Below are positions 43,148-52,990 of a stretch of DNA of 64,000 nucleotides, piece after piece; the stretch's first letter is position 1, and each line of letters begins with the position of its first letter. Origin of the DNA: Parafrankia elaeagni (lineage in GTDB: Bacteria; Actinomycetota; Actinomycetes; Frankiales; Frankiaceae). The translations under genes and the position numbers were made by a program. The stretch is taken from positions 115,002 through 179,001 of the forward strand of contig NZ_KB893672.1 in assembly GCF_000374165.1 (NCBI RefSeq). Reading direction: 5' to 3'. A model generated the notes under the pieces. The model did not search any database. It worked only from the letters and a program-made list of their open reading frames with translations, and was not told the origin of the DNA.

Positions 43148-44452
43148 GTGAAGCTCGTCGTACTCGGATTCCTGGCGACGGTCGCCGCCGCGACCGTCCT
43201 CCTGCTGCTGCCGGTCGCCGCGGAACCCGGTGTGGACACCACTTTCCGGGAGGCGCTGTTCACCGCTACCGGCGCTTCCAGCGGGGCGCTGGCCATCGTC
43301 GACACATCGACCCACTGGTCGGCTTTCGGCGAGGTCGTGGTGATGACCGCCGTCGCGCTCGGCGGCCTCGGGTTCATGACGTCGGCATCCCTGCTGGGGC
43401 TGCTGGTCTCGCGCCGGCTCGGGCTGCGGATCCAGGTGCTCACCGCGGCCGAGACCCGGTCTCTGGGGCCGGGCGATGTCCGGCGGGTGCTGCGCGGGGT
43501 CGCCGCGACCACCTTCTCCATCGAGGCGGTGACCGCGCTCGTCCTGTTCGGACGCCTGTGGTCCGGTTATGACGAGCCGGTCGGCCGGGCCGCCTATCTC
43601 GGGGTCTTCCATTCGATCACGGCGTTCAACAACGCCGGCTACGCGCTCTACCCGGACAATCTCATGGGGTTCGCGACCGACCCGGTCATCATTCTCGCGA
43701 TCGGTCTCGCGGCGATCCTCGGTGGTCTCGGCTTCCCGGTGCTCTTCGAGTTGCGCCACGAACTGCGCACTCCGGGGGCCTGGTCGACGCACACCAGGAT
43801 GACCTTGCTCGGCTACGGGATCCTGCTGGTCGGCGGAGCGGTCGCCGTCGCGGCGCTGGAATGGCGGAACCCGGCGACGCTCGGCCCGCTGGGCTACCCC
43901 GGGAAAGTGCTGAACGGCTTCTTCGGGAGTGTCACGGCGCGTACCGCCGGCTTCAACGCGATCGACTACGGCCAGGCCGATCCGGCCACCCTAATCGTCA
44001 CCGACGTGCTGATGTTCATCGGCGGCGGCAGCGCCAGCACGGCCGGCGGCATCAAGGTCACCACGTTCATGATTCTCTTTTTCGCGATCATCGCGGAGGC
44101 GCGCGGTGACGAGACCGTCGACGCGTTCGGCCGGCAGGTCCCCCACACGGCGCTGCGCCAGGCCATCGCGGTGGCCCTGCTCGGGATCGCGATCGTCGTC
44201 CTCGGGACGCTGAGCATCCTGACCGTCAGCGACCACTCTCTCGATCAGGTCCTCTTCGAGGTCACGTCGGCCTTCGGCACGGTCGGGCTCAGCACCGGGA
44301 TCACCGCGCAGCTGCCGGCGTTCGGCCAGTACGTGCTCGTCGTCCTCATGCTCGTCGGCCGCATCGGTCCCATTACCCTGGCCTCGGCGCTGGCCCTGAG
44401 GGAACGGCGCCGGCTCTACCGGCTGCCCGAGGAACGCCCGATCGTCGGGTGA
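43148..44452 (+). CDS. trkH: TrkH/KtrB-family potassium uptake membrane protein; start uncertain.
   Basis: Multiple membrane-pore-membrane repeats with 'GGLGF' and 'GFN' selectivity-like motifs: 'ALGGLGFMTSASLLGLL', 'RTAGFNAIDYG', 'GGGSASTAGGIKVTTF', 'GTVGLSTGIT'. There is no ATG between the TetR stop and the conserved core; GTG at 43148 is used. Confidence 0.75.
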   Translation: MKLVVLGFLATVAAATVLLLLPVAAEPGVDTTFREALFTATGASSGALAIVDTSTHWSAFGEVVVMTAVALGGLGFMTSASLLGLLVSRRLGLRIQVLTAAETRSLGPGDVRRVLRGVAATTFSIEAVTALVLFGRLWSGYDEPVGRAAYLGVFHSITAFNNAGYALYPDNLMGFATDPVIILAIGLAAILGGLGFPVLFELRHELRTPGAWSTHTRMTLLGYGILLVGGAVAVAALEWRNPATLGPLGYPGKVLNGFFGSVTARTAGFNAIDYGQADPATLIVTDVLMFIGGGSASTAGGIKVTTFMILFFAIIAEARGDETVDAFGRQVPHTALRQAIAVALLGIAIVVLGTLSILTVSDHSLDQVLFEVTSAFGTVGLSTGITAQLPAFGQYVLVVLMLVGRIGPITLASALALRERRRLYRLPEERPIVG

Positions 44453-44546
44453 CGGCCGGGCCCTGACCGACCTGGCCGGGCCCTGACCGACCTGGCCGGG
44501 CTACCTGCGAACCGGGCTACTACGAGCAGGAGTGGGGTGACGAAGG

Positions 44547-45227
44547 GTGGGGCGGGACAGGCATCCGAACGCCGTGCTGATCATCGGGCTGGGGCGGTTC
44601 GGGGGCACGCTCGCCGAGGCACTGCAACGCCAGGGCCAGCACGTGGTGGCCGTCGACGAGAACCGTGAGCTCGTCCAGGAGTGGTCGGGAACGCTGACGC
44701 ACGTCGTCGAGGCAGACGCGACGAACGAGGCGGCGCTCCGCCAGCTCGGTGCTGACGGTTTCGAACGGGCGGTCGTCGCCATCGGCACCGGCATCGAGGC
44801 GAGCCTGCTGGCCACCGGCGTGCTGCTCGACCTGGGCGTGACCGAGGTCTGGGCGAAGGCGATCACCCGTCAGCATGGCCGGATTCTGGAGCGGATCGGC
44901 GCGTCGCACGTCGTCTACCCCGAACGCGACGCCGGCGAGCGGGTCGCCCACCTGCTCTCCGGCCGGCTCACCGACTTCGTCGAGTTCGACCAGGGGTTCG
45001 CGATCGCCAAGCTGCGCGCCCCGCGGTCGATCTGTGGCAGCACACTGCGGGACCTGGCACTGCGCAGCCGCTTCGGCGTGACGGTCGTCGCGGTGAAACG
45101 ACCTGGCGGCGAGTTCGGCCCGACCGAGTCGGCCACCGCCCTCAACCGCGACGACATGATCGTCGTCACCGGCCGCACCGAGCACATCGAACGCTTCGCC
45201 ACCGAGACCGGGACCCGCGCCCACTGA
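44547..45227 (+). CDS. trkA: TrkA/KtrA potassium transporter regulatory subunit (RCK N- and C-domains).
   Basis: Rossmann 'VLIIGLGRFGGTLAEAL' (GxGxxG) followed by a TrkA-C-like domain 'DFVEFDQGFAIAKLRAPRSICGSTLRDLALRSRFGVTVVAV'. Confidence 0.85.
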   Translation: MGRDRHPNAVLIIGLGRFGGTLAEALQRQGQHVVAVDENRELVQEWSGTLTHVVEADATNEAALRQLGADGFERAVVAIGTGIEASLLATGVLLDLGVTEVWAKAITRQHGRILERIGASHVVYPERDAGERVAHLLSGRLTDFVEFDQGFAIAKLRAPRSICGSTLRDLALRSRFGVTVVAVKRPGGEFGPTESATALNRDDMIVVTGRTEHIERFATETGTRAH

Positions 45228-45253
45228 CCCGTTCGCCGGGCTTCGGCAACACG

Positions 45254-45640
45254 TCAGCGGGCGAGCGCGACTCGTTCCTCGGCTTCCACGCTGCGGTTCC
45301 ATTCGCCCTTGGACTCCTGCCAGCCGTCCTCGTCCGCGCCGAGACGCCAGTAGCCGGAGATCGACAGCTGCCGCGGTGTCAGCCCGCGCTCGACCCGCAG
45401 AATGCGCCGCAGCTGCTTCACCATGGTGGCTTCGCCGTGCACGAACGCCTGGCCGGTGCCGGACGGCAGGTCGAGAGCGGCGACGGCCCTGACCGCCAGC
45501 TCGCCGACCTGACGCTGGCCGCGGTGGAGCCAGGTGACGACGGCGCCGGCCGGCGCGTCGAGCGGGATCTCCTCGTCGCTGCCGCCGACCTCGACGAACA
45601 CGTGGACCGGCACGCCGGTCGGGGTCCGCTCCAGCGACGC
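45254..45640 (-). CDS. Siderophore-interacting protein (SIP/ViuB family), C-terminal NAD(P)-binding half only; truncated or split gene.
   Basis: 'VHVFVEVGGSDEEIPLD...VTWLHRG...QAFVHGEATMVKQLRRILRVERGLTPRQLSISGYWRLG' matches the SIP C-terminal domain. The FAD-binding half is not found. The upstream region is occupied by an iron box. Confidence 0.45.
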   Translation of the reverse strand, partial: ASLERTPTGVPVHVFVEVGGSDEEIPLDAPAGAVVTWLHRGQRQVGELAVRAVAALDLPSGTGQAFVHGEATMVKQLRRILRVERGLTPRQLSISGYWRLGADEDGWQESKGEWNRSVEAEERVALAR

Positions 45641-45698
45641 CGTGTCTCCTCGCGGTCGGAGTGGAAGAGCAGGTGCCGGCCGACGTGAGCCGGATACT

Positions 45699-45717
45699 TT
45701 AGGTAAAGATAACCTAC
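45699..45717. promoter_or_regulatory. IdeR/DtxR-type iron box in the low-GC divergent promoter region.
   Basis: TTAGGTAAAGATAACCTAC matches the consensus TTAGGTTAGGCTAACCTAA at 15 of 19 positions and is palindromic. It sits in the only AT-rich stretch of the region, between the SIP remnant (minus strand) and the YihY gene (plus strand). Confidence 0.65.
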
Positions 45718-45872
45718 CTTGTCTATCGGGACGTATCCATCGCACCACCGACCTGGAGGCCCACCGTGACCACTCCCGCGCACCCCGGCCGCAGACTGTT
45801 CGTCTGAGTCCGTGTCGCCGGCAATCCGCATCGGAGGGTGCGGGGCGGCGTTCCGCCGGAGACGCTGTCGGT

Positions 45873-46973
45873 ATGGAAGGCGCCTCGACAGGAGTGGCCC
45901 GGCAGCTCGTGGCACTGGGCCGGGAGGTCGTCGACGGCCTGCGTGGCCACGATCTCGCGCTGATATCCGCCGGAGTCACCTACTACGCCGCGATCGCGCT
46001 GGTCCCGGGCGTGCTGGTCGCGATCAGTCTGATCGGCCTGTTACTCGGCGAGGCGCGCGCCCACGAGCTCGGCAGCTCGCTGGCCGAGGCCCTGCCCGGC
46101 GGTCTGGGCGCGCCCGCGGTTGTCGACACGGCGTTCCAGGCCGCGACGACGATGTCGCCGCTGGTCGTGGCGGGTGCGGCGGTTCCGGCCACGTTCTATG
46201 GCGAAGGGCTGCGCCGGGCGTTCGTGCGGCTCGCCGGACAGCGCGAGGATCTGGTCGGATGGCGCGGCCGCCTCAGCGTGCTGCCGCTTCTCGCCGCCGC
46301 GCCGGTGCTGCTGCTCCCGGTGCTGCTCGTGACACCGGTGCTGGCGCGGCTGTTCGCCGACAGCGGCCTGTCGGCGGCCCTCGGTGTGGTCGTCGCGTTC
46401 ACGGTCGACTGGCTGGTACTGACCGCGACCCTGACCTTCGTCTACCGGGTGGTCGGCCCAGGCCGGCCGGCCTGGGCGGCGACGCTGTGCGCGGCGGGAG
46501 CAACCGGATCCTTCGTCGCCGGGTTCGTGCAGGGCTTCGTGCTCTTCCTGTCGTTCACCCTGGATCTCGGTCTGCCGTTCGGTGGTTTCCGGCCGGTGGG
46601 GGCGGCCGTCGCGGTCGGCTTCTGGCTCTTCCTGCTCCACCTCATCGTCCTGGTCGGGTACGGACTCGCCCTGCGCCTCGGCGAGCACGACGGCGGGTCG
46701 GTGTCCCTGCGTCGCCTGGTGCCATCCATCCGCCACCGAAAGCGCGTCAGGGCCGCTGGCACACAATCCTGTCGGCGGAACTCGGAGGAGGCACGATGTG
46801 CGAGGGCGCGGACGAGACCAACTGGGCCGGGAACATCGTCTACCGGGCAGGCCGGCGCGTCGCGCCCACGTCCGTCGAGGAGCTCTGTGAGATCGCGGCC
46901 GGCTGCGGTCGGGCCCGGCCTGTCGGCACGCATCACTCGTTCAACACGATCGCGGACACGGCGGGGACGCTGA
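45873..46973 (+). CDS. YihY/BrkB (virulence factor BrkB / ribonuclease BN-like) family membrane protein; C-terminal extent uncertain.
   Basis: 'LISAGVTYYAAIALVPGVLVAISLIG', several transmembrane segments, 'LTFVYRVVG...'. The frame stays open to 46973 and overlaps the next gene by 179 nt. Confidence 0.6.
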   Translation: MEGASTGVARQLVALGREVVDGLRGHDLALISAGVTYYAAIALVPGVLVAISLIGLLLGEARAHELGSSLAEALPGGLGAPAVVDTAFQAATTMSPLVVAGAAVPATFYGEGLRRAFVRLAGQREDLVGWRGRLSVLPLLAAAPVLLLPVLLVTPVLARLFADSGLSAALGVVVAFTVDWLVLTATLTFVYRVVGPGRPAWAATLCAAGATGSFVAGFVQGFVLFLSFTLDLGLPFGGFRPVGAAVAVGFWLFLLHLIVLVGYGLALRLGEHDGGSVSLRRLVPSIRHRKRVRAAGTQSCRRNSEEARCARARTRPTGPGTSSTGQAGASRPRPSRSSVRSRPAAVGPGLSARITRSTRSRTRRGR

Positions 46974-48067
46974 TCTCGACCGCCCGGCTGCCCGCCGTGT
47001 TCCGGGTCGACGCCGACGCGCGTGAGGTCACCGTGAGTGCCGGGACCCGCTACAGTGCTCTCGCCCGCGAGCTGGACGCGCGGGGCTGGGCGTTGCGGAA
47101 CCTCGGCTCGCTGCCCCACATCTCGGTCGCCGGTGCGTGCGCGACGGCGACGCACGGCTCCGGTGACCGCAACGGGAATCTGGCGACTTCCGTCGTCGCG
47201 CTCGATCTCGTCACCGCCTCCGGCGACATCGTCACCGTTCGCCGGGGCGTGGACGGCGACTTCGCCGGTCACGTCGTCGCACTCGGCGCGCTGGGGGTGG
47301 TGGTGGCGGTGACGCTCGCCATCGTGCCGGCATTCCGTGTCCGGCAGAACGTCTACCAGGGCCTGACACGCGCCGCGTTGCTGGAGCATCTCGACGACAT
47401 CTTCGCCGCGGCCTACAGCGTCAGCGTCTTCACGACCTGGCGCCCCGAGTCGTCCCTGCTGTGGGTGAAGCGACGGGTCGCGGCGACCGACGAGGCCGTT
47501 CCGGCGCCGGCGGAGATGTTCGGAGCCCGGGCACTCGACCATCCGGTCCACCCGGTATCCGGCCTCGACCCGATCCACACGACGCAACAGCTCGGCGTTG
47601 CCGGTCCGTGGCACGAACGACTGCCGCACTTCCGGTCAGGCTTCACCCCCAGCGCCGGGAACGAGCTGCAGTCGGAGTACTTCGTCTCCCGCGACCGCGC
47701 CGCCGCGGCGGTTGAGGCGATCCACCAGATCGGCGAGCAGATCCGGCCAGCCCTGCACGTCAGCGAACTGCGCTCGATCGCCTCCGACGATCTGTGGCTC
47801 AGCCCGACCCACAGCCGTGAGTCGATCAGCCTGCATTTCACCTGGCGGCCGGCCGAAGCCGCCGTCACCCGCGCCGTGGCCGTGGTGGAACGCCAGCTGG
47901 CACCCTTCGAGCCCCGCCCGCACTGGGGAAAGATCTTCGCCCTGCCGCCGGAGACCATCCGCGCCTCCTACCCGCGAGCCGCGGACTTCACCGCGCTGGC
48001 CGGACGCCGCGACCCGACCGGCGTCTTCCGCAACACGTTCCTGGCGAACACGTTGGGCCTGGCGTGA
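46795..48067 (+). CDS. FAD-linked oxidoreductase of the alditol/xylitol oxidase – gulonolactone oxidase (VAO/PCMH) family.
   Basis: 'TNWAGNIVY' N-terminal signature; 'HISVAGACATATHGSG' FAD-binding; C-terminal 'HWGK' ALO-type region. GGAGGAG Shine-Dalgarno before the ATG at 46795. Confidence 0.75.
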
Positions 48068-48113
48068 TCAGGTAAGACGCACGACGCCTGACCGGGGTGC
48101 GGCGCCTGGTCGA

Positions 48114-48678
48114 TCAGGACGGTTCGCGTGGACTGGGGTCGGACGCGACGAACGTCGCCACCCCGCCGACGAGCTCCACCCGGTGGTTGGCGAAAGCCGC
48201 GCCGAGTGCTCGGTCCAGAGCTTCCGCCTGGTCGTCGACGTTGTGAAAGACGCCTTTCCGGTTGTAGAAGGCGAGCAATGTCCGTGCCGGCCTGGACAGC
48301 TTCGCCGCGGTGGCCAGGATGGTCGAGCCGAACAGCACCGCCTGGGGCGACATGGCCGGCCGGATCGAGGTCAGCAGCCGGCCTGTCTTGGTTTCGAGGT
48401 CACCGGGCATGCAGTGCAGCAGGTAGTTCACGCCGACCGAGTCGAACGGCGCACCGGGTAGCTCACCCACCGGTTCGAGTGCGTTGTGGACCGCGGTTCT
48501 CGGGGCGAACCGCCTGATCCTGGCCGAGGCCGTACGCAGGGCATTCTGGTTGAGGTCCACCAGCGTCACAGCTGGGTTCGGGGTGGGCCACCGCGCCTTG
48601 TCTAGGCGGCCTGACCGGCGAGCACGTCGGCGGAAAGGTCTTCGGATCCGGACCCGTGACTGTCGGCGGTTGACGTCA
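48114..48678 (-). pseudogene. Small class I SAM-dependent methyltransferase apparently split by a frameshift near 48600.
   Basis: Downstream frame: 'AVTLVDLNQNALRTA...FDSVGVNYLLHCMP' (post-motif I and motif II). The upstream frame 'MTSTADSHGSGSEDLSADVLAGQAA*' ends in a stop where the glycine-rich motif I is expected. Confidence 0.35.
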
Positions 48679-48842
48679 TGCGGAAAGTCTTGTCTGTCTG
48701 GTCGCGGTGCGCGAGCAGTGTCGGGCGAAGAACCTCACCGCCGAGGAGAGCCGAGGAGACATGACGATCGGCAGCAGTGCCGGCCGCTGGCCGGCTGAGT
48801 ACCGTCGGCAGATGCGACGGGTCCCGTCGGTGTCCAACCCGT

Positions 48843-50363
48843 TCACCGGCTCGTCGAAGGAGGAGCCGGCACGCTCGCGTTCTGATCGGTTCCGCCCATG
48901 AGTCGTCGATCGTGGGGGAGGCCGGCCGCCGCTTCAAGCGCGCCCAGCTCGGCCTCGACGAGTTCCGGCAGCCGTGTCCCGTCCCGCACCGACTCGTCCA
49001 TCGTGAAACCGATGCACGCCTGACCGTCCAGCCCGCCGAGCAGGACCGCCAGGCGCTGGCCTGCGGGGAGCGGAGGGGTGGGCAGGGCGGCGATGACCGG
49101 TCGACCGAGGATCTCCATCGGGCCGGTCAGACCACCCGGGTTGGACGCGGTCAGCGCGAAGATGTGGGACATGATCCCGGTGGACAGCGCGGCCGGTCGC
49201 AACGGTGCGGGAACCGCCCCGAGGAAGAGGCGTTCCGCGACGCCTGGAGTCCCGCCCCGCTTGTGCCGGACGGTCTGCCGGCGGATCGCCTCCACGCGGC
49301 GGTGGACCGACGCCTCATCGTGAGGCAGCGCGATCCGCACGGTGGTCAGGTAGTTGCTCACGTGGTCCCGCTCGGCCGCCCGGCGAGTGCTGACCGGCAT
49401 CGCGGCGTGCAGCCGGCCCCGGCCAGTCCGGCCAGTCCGGCCAGTCCGGCCAGCCCGGCCGGCGCCAGGGCCGGACTGGCCGGACTGGCCGGAGCCGAGG
49501 CGTGGCCAGGCACGCAGAGCGCCGGCGAGCGCCGCCAGGAACACGTCGTTCACGGTTACCGCGTGGGCGCGGCTGATCGCCCGTAGCCTGGCCAGATCCA
49601 CCTCCAGCCAGAAGTGGCGCGGGTATCCCGTGGGCGCCGCCGAGAGCGGGCCGATCGTGGCCGTCCGGGCGAGCCATCCGAGTGAGTGGGCGGTGGCCCG
49701 GCAGACAGCTCGAGGGCCGGGCCGACGGTCCGGCGACCTCCGCGGAGGTTCACGCTCCGATCCCGGGCCGGACAGGCCGAACAGCTTTCCCAGCACCAGG
49801 TTCAGCGCCGTCCCGTCCATCCACACGTGGCTGGCGCGGTACAGCAGGGTGAAGCCGCCATGGTGGGGGCCGTGGAGCAGCCAGAGTTGCCACGGCGGTG
49901 CATCCAACGAGATCTCGACCGCTGACAGCCGTCCCACCGCCTCGCGCAGCCCGGTGAGCCCCGGTTCCGCGGGGAGCCGGTACTCGTGGACGTGCCGGGC
50001 CGGGTCGAAACCGACGTCTGCCACCCAGGCCAGTCGGCCGCGTCCTGTCGAGGCGATCCGGTGGGTCAGTGGAGGAAAGTCGCGTGCCCGGTCCGCGACC
50101 AGCTCGCGCAACGCCTGGACCTCGGGCGCGGGGCCGTCGGCGACCAGCAGGTAGCCGACCGTGAGTGGCGTCCTGGGAAATGCTCGCTGGTATCCGAGTA
50201 CGAGCGCGTCCGTCGGGGTGAGTGGCCGGGCGGGAACATCGGCGCGGTAACCGCTGTGTGTCGCATTCCGTTCCTGCGTCTGCGCTGCCCCGTCGCTTTC
50301 CTCGCAGGGGTGACGTGCCTGGTCCACGCGCGAGGCCTGCCACCAGAAACCCGGGCGCGTCAT
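48843..50363 (-). CDS. Wax ester synthase/diacylglycerol acyltransferase (WS/DGAT)-like O-acyltransferase; start uncertain.
   Basis: N-terminal 'LTPTDALVLGYQRAFPRTPLTVGYLL'; active-site-like 'YRASHVWMDGTAL' (HHxxxDG variant); about 470-aa size. Confidence 0.55.
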   Translation of the reverse strand: MTRPGFWWQASRVDQARHPCEESDGAAQTQERNATHSGYRADVPARPLTPTDALVLGYQRAFPRTPLTVGYLLVADGPAPEVQALRELVADRARDFPPLTHRIASTGRGRLAWVADVGFDPARHVHEYRLPAEPGLTGLREAVGRLSAVEISLDAPPWQLWLLHGPHHGGFTLLYRASHVWMDGTALNLVLGKLFGLSGPGSEREPPRRSPDRRPGPRAVCRATAHSLGWLARTATIGPLSAAPTGYPRHFWLEVDLARLRAISRAHAVTVNDVFLAALAGALRAWPRLGSGQSGQSGPGAGRAGRTGRTGRTGRGRLHAAMPVSTRRAAERDHVSNYLTTVRIALPHDEASVHRRVEAIRRQTVRHKRGGTPGVAERLFLGAVPAPLRPAALSTGIMSHIFALTASNPGGLTGPMEILGRPVIAALPTPPLPAGQRLAVLLGGLDGQACIGFTMDESVRDGTRLPELVEAELGALEAAAGLPHDRRLMGGTDQNASVPAPPSTSR

Positions 50364-50850
50364 GGTATGCCGCCCTGACCGGCGTCGATGAGTCGTTGCG
50401 ACATTGTCACAGTCGGCTCCCTGGATGGATGAGAAAAGTGATTACGTCCGAAACGCTGTGCCGTGTCGCGGTAAATTGGGCGCGAGGTGGCCCGTAAGCC
50501 GAATGGCAGGGCCGAACATACGCGCGGGTCGCCGCCGGAATACCAGGGAAACGCCAGGGCCTGGGCCCGGTTTTTCTGGCTGGCATCCGCTCGGATGCCT
50601 GATGGCCGCCGGGAGCGTGCCTGATGGCACCGGGAGCGGCCGAGGAACGGCCGAGGAACGGCCGAGGAGCGACCGGCGGGTCGGCGGGCCGGCGCCGATC
50701 TCCGGCATCGGATCCACCACCCGTGGCGACGCATGGTTGTCATGTGGGCACGTTTTGCGACCATCTGGCGGTGGCGTGACCCTGTAGGGGTGAGAGGGGC
50801 AGGCCGGGCCCACCCGATGGACACCGGCGAGCACAAGGGGAGGAGCGCTC

Positions 50851-52287
50851 ATGTCGGCACAGGTGCTCACACTGGGAGGCCAGCGCCAGACGCTCTCGGA
50901 CGAGACGGTCGAGGAGATCCGTACGATCTTCCACGGGCAGGTTCTGACCTCGGGCGACGTCGGGTACGACGACGCGCGAGTCATCCAGAACGCCATGCTC
51001 GACCGCAGACCGGGTCTGATCATCCGGTGTACCGGCGCCGCCGACGTCGTTGACGCCGTCCGTCTCGCCGCAACGCGGGACCTGCTCGTCGCCGTCCGCG
51101 GCGGCGGCCACAGCATCGCCGGGGCCTCCACGGCCGACGACAGCCTGATGATCGATCTGTCGGGGATGCGGGGTGTCTGGGTCGACCCGGAACAGCGGCG
51201 TGTGCGGGTGGCAGGTGGCGCGACCTGGGGTGACGTCGACCGTGAGACGCAACTGCACGGGCTCGCGGTACCCGGGGGAATAGTGTCGACCACGGGTGTG
51301 GCTGGTCTGACGCTCGGTGGCGGGATCGGCTGGTTGCACCGCAGGTACGGGCTGGCCTGCGACGCGCTGCGTGCGGCCGAGGTCGTCACGGCCAGCGGCG
51401 AGGTCGTGCGGTGCAGCACCTCCGAGCACGAGGACCTGTTCTGGGCGCTGCGCGGCGGGGGCGGCAACTTCGGCGTGGTGGTGACCTTCGAGTTCGAGGC
51501 GTATCCGCTCGGCCCGGTGGTCTGGAACAGCGTGGTCGTCTACCCGATCGACGCCGCTGCCGAGGTGCTTCCCCGCTGGCAGGACTGGACGTCCACCGTC
51601 CCCGAAGAGGTCACCGGCCGTGCCCTGCTGTGGTCGCTGCCGGCGGTGCCGGCACTCCCGCCCGCTGTACACAACCGCGACGTGTTCATCGCGGCCGCCC
51701 TGTACGCGGGCGACCCGGACAAGGGCCGGCGGGCGTGTCGGGCGCTTGCCGAGTTCGGCTCGCCGCTCGCTGACATGAGCCAGGCCCTGCCGTACCGGAC
51801 AGCGCAGTCCTCCTTCGACCCCTTCTTCCCGAAGGGCGGGCTGCAGAGTTACTGGAAGTCCGTCTACCTGGACCGACTCGACGAGGAGGTGACCGCGTTC
51901 GTGGTCCGCGTCGGCCAGGACCGCCCGCACCCGATGACCATGGTGCACATGCCTCTCCTGGGAGGCGCCATGTCGCGGGTCGGGGCGGCGGAAACCGCGT
52001 TCGGCGATCGCAGCGCCCGACACATGCTGAGCCTCGACGGAAACTGGCTGGACCCGGCCGACAACGCCGCGAACATCCGTTGGGTGCGCGAGGCCTACGA
52101 CGAGGCCGTCACGCTGCGGGCCGCGTCGGGCACCTACCTCAACTTCGGCGGCGACGCCGATCTCGACGACGCCGACCGGGCACGGGCCTGGGGACGCAAC
52201 GTCGAGCGTCTTCGGCAGGTCAAACGCAGCTACGACCCGGAAAACCGCTTCCGGCTCAACCCCAACATCCCTCCCGCCAAGGGCTGA
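50851..52287 (+). CDS. FAD-binding oxidoreductase, berberine-bridge-enzyme-like (PCMH plus BBE domain).
   Basis: 'LIIRCTGAADVVDAVRLA...VAVRGGGHS' FAD-binding; C-terminal 'YDPENRFRLNPNIPP' BBE signature. AAGGGGAGGAG Shine-Dalgarno. Confidence 0.85.
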   Translation: MSAQVLTLGGQRQTLSDETVEEIRTIFHGQVLTSGDVGYDDARVIQNAMLDRRPGLIIRCTGAADVVDAVRLAATRDLLVAVRGGGHSIAGASTADDSLMIDLSGMRGVWVDPEQRRVRVAGGATWGDVDRETQLHGLAVPGGIVSTTGVAGLTLGGGIGWLHRRYGLACDALRAAEVVTASGEVVRCSTSEHEDLFWALRGGGGNFGVVVTFEFEAYPLGPVVWNSVVVYPIDAAAEVLPRWQDWTSTVPEEVTGRALLWSLPAVPALPPAVHNRDVFIAAALYAGDPDKGRRACRALAEFGSPLADMSQALPYRTAQSSFDPFFPKGGLQSYWKSVYLDRLDEEVTAFVVRVGQDRPHPMTMVHMPLLGGAMSRVGAAETAFGDRSARHMLSLDGNWLDPADNAANIRWVREAYDEAVTLRAASGTYLNFGGDADLDDADRARAWGRNVERLRQVKRSYDPENRFRLNPNIPPAKG

Positions 52288-52528
52288 GTCGACGCATTGG
52301 GGCTGACGGACGCCATGACCGGTGGCGTGCGGTCTGATCCTCTGCTGCCTTCAGGGCCGCATGCGCGCCGAGGCCCACCGGGCGCGGCATCGTGCCCGCG
52401 CGGCCGACACCGTGACGATACGGTCTGTGCGCCAGCGTGAGATGTCGAAGAACAGGACGGGGCACGCGGGTGGCCGCCGGCGGCATGGTCGGCGGGTCGG
52501 TTTCCGCCGGTCAGATCGAGGAGTAGCC

Positions 52529-52990
52529 GTGGACCCGTTGTCGCTGCAGAAACTGATCGACTCCGAGGAGTTCGCACTTGATCACGCCGGCCTCGCCGTG
52601 CTGCCGTTCGATGTGTGCATCCGGCTGCTGGGGACGGTGCCGGTGGGCCGGGTGGCCTTCGTATCGGACGGCGAGGTGGTCCTGCTGACCGTCAACCACG
52701 CGATGGACGGCAACAGTGTGGTCTTCCGGTCGGCCGTCGGCTCCAAGCTGTCGGCGGCGGTGAACCATGACCTGGTCTCCTTCCAGGCCGACTGCTTCGA
52801 CCCGGTGACCAAGGCGGGGTGGAGCGTCCTGGTCACCGGTGCGGCCAGGGCCGTCGTCGAAGGTGCCCAGACCGCGGCACTGGAGCGCCTGGGCCTGGAG
52901 CCCTGGGCGGACGTCATCGAGCGGCCCTACTGGATCCGGATCGTCCCGCGGTCGGTGACCGGGCGGGCGGTCGTGCGCTCGGAAAGCTGA
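52529..52990 (+). CDS. Pyridoxamine 5'-phosphate oxidase-family (PPOX / F420-dependent-like) small protein.
   Basis: 'CIRLLGTVPVGRVAFVSDGEVVLLTVNHAMDGNSVVFRSAVGSKL...GWSVLVTGAARAV'. GAGGAG Shine-Dalgarno before the GTG at 52529. Confidence 0.6.
   Translation: MDPLSLQKLIDSEEFALDHAGLAVLPFDVCIRLLGTVPVGRVAFVSDGEVVLLTVNHAMDGNSVVFRSAVGSKLSAAVNHDLVSFQADCFDPVTKAGWSVLVTGAARAVVEGAQTAALERLGLEPWADVIERPYWIRIVPRSVTGRAVVRSES

Noticed and set aside
45418-45979. A full-length siderophore-interacting protein gene assembled from the 165-aa and 241-aa overlapping frames.
   Set aside because: Only the C-terminal NAD-binding half is recognisable. The putative N-terminal frames read through the iron box and lack the FAD-binding RxY(S/T) motif. 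It was therefore annotated as truncated.
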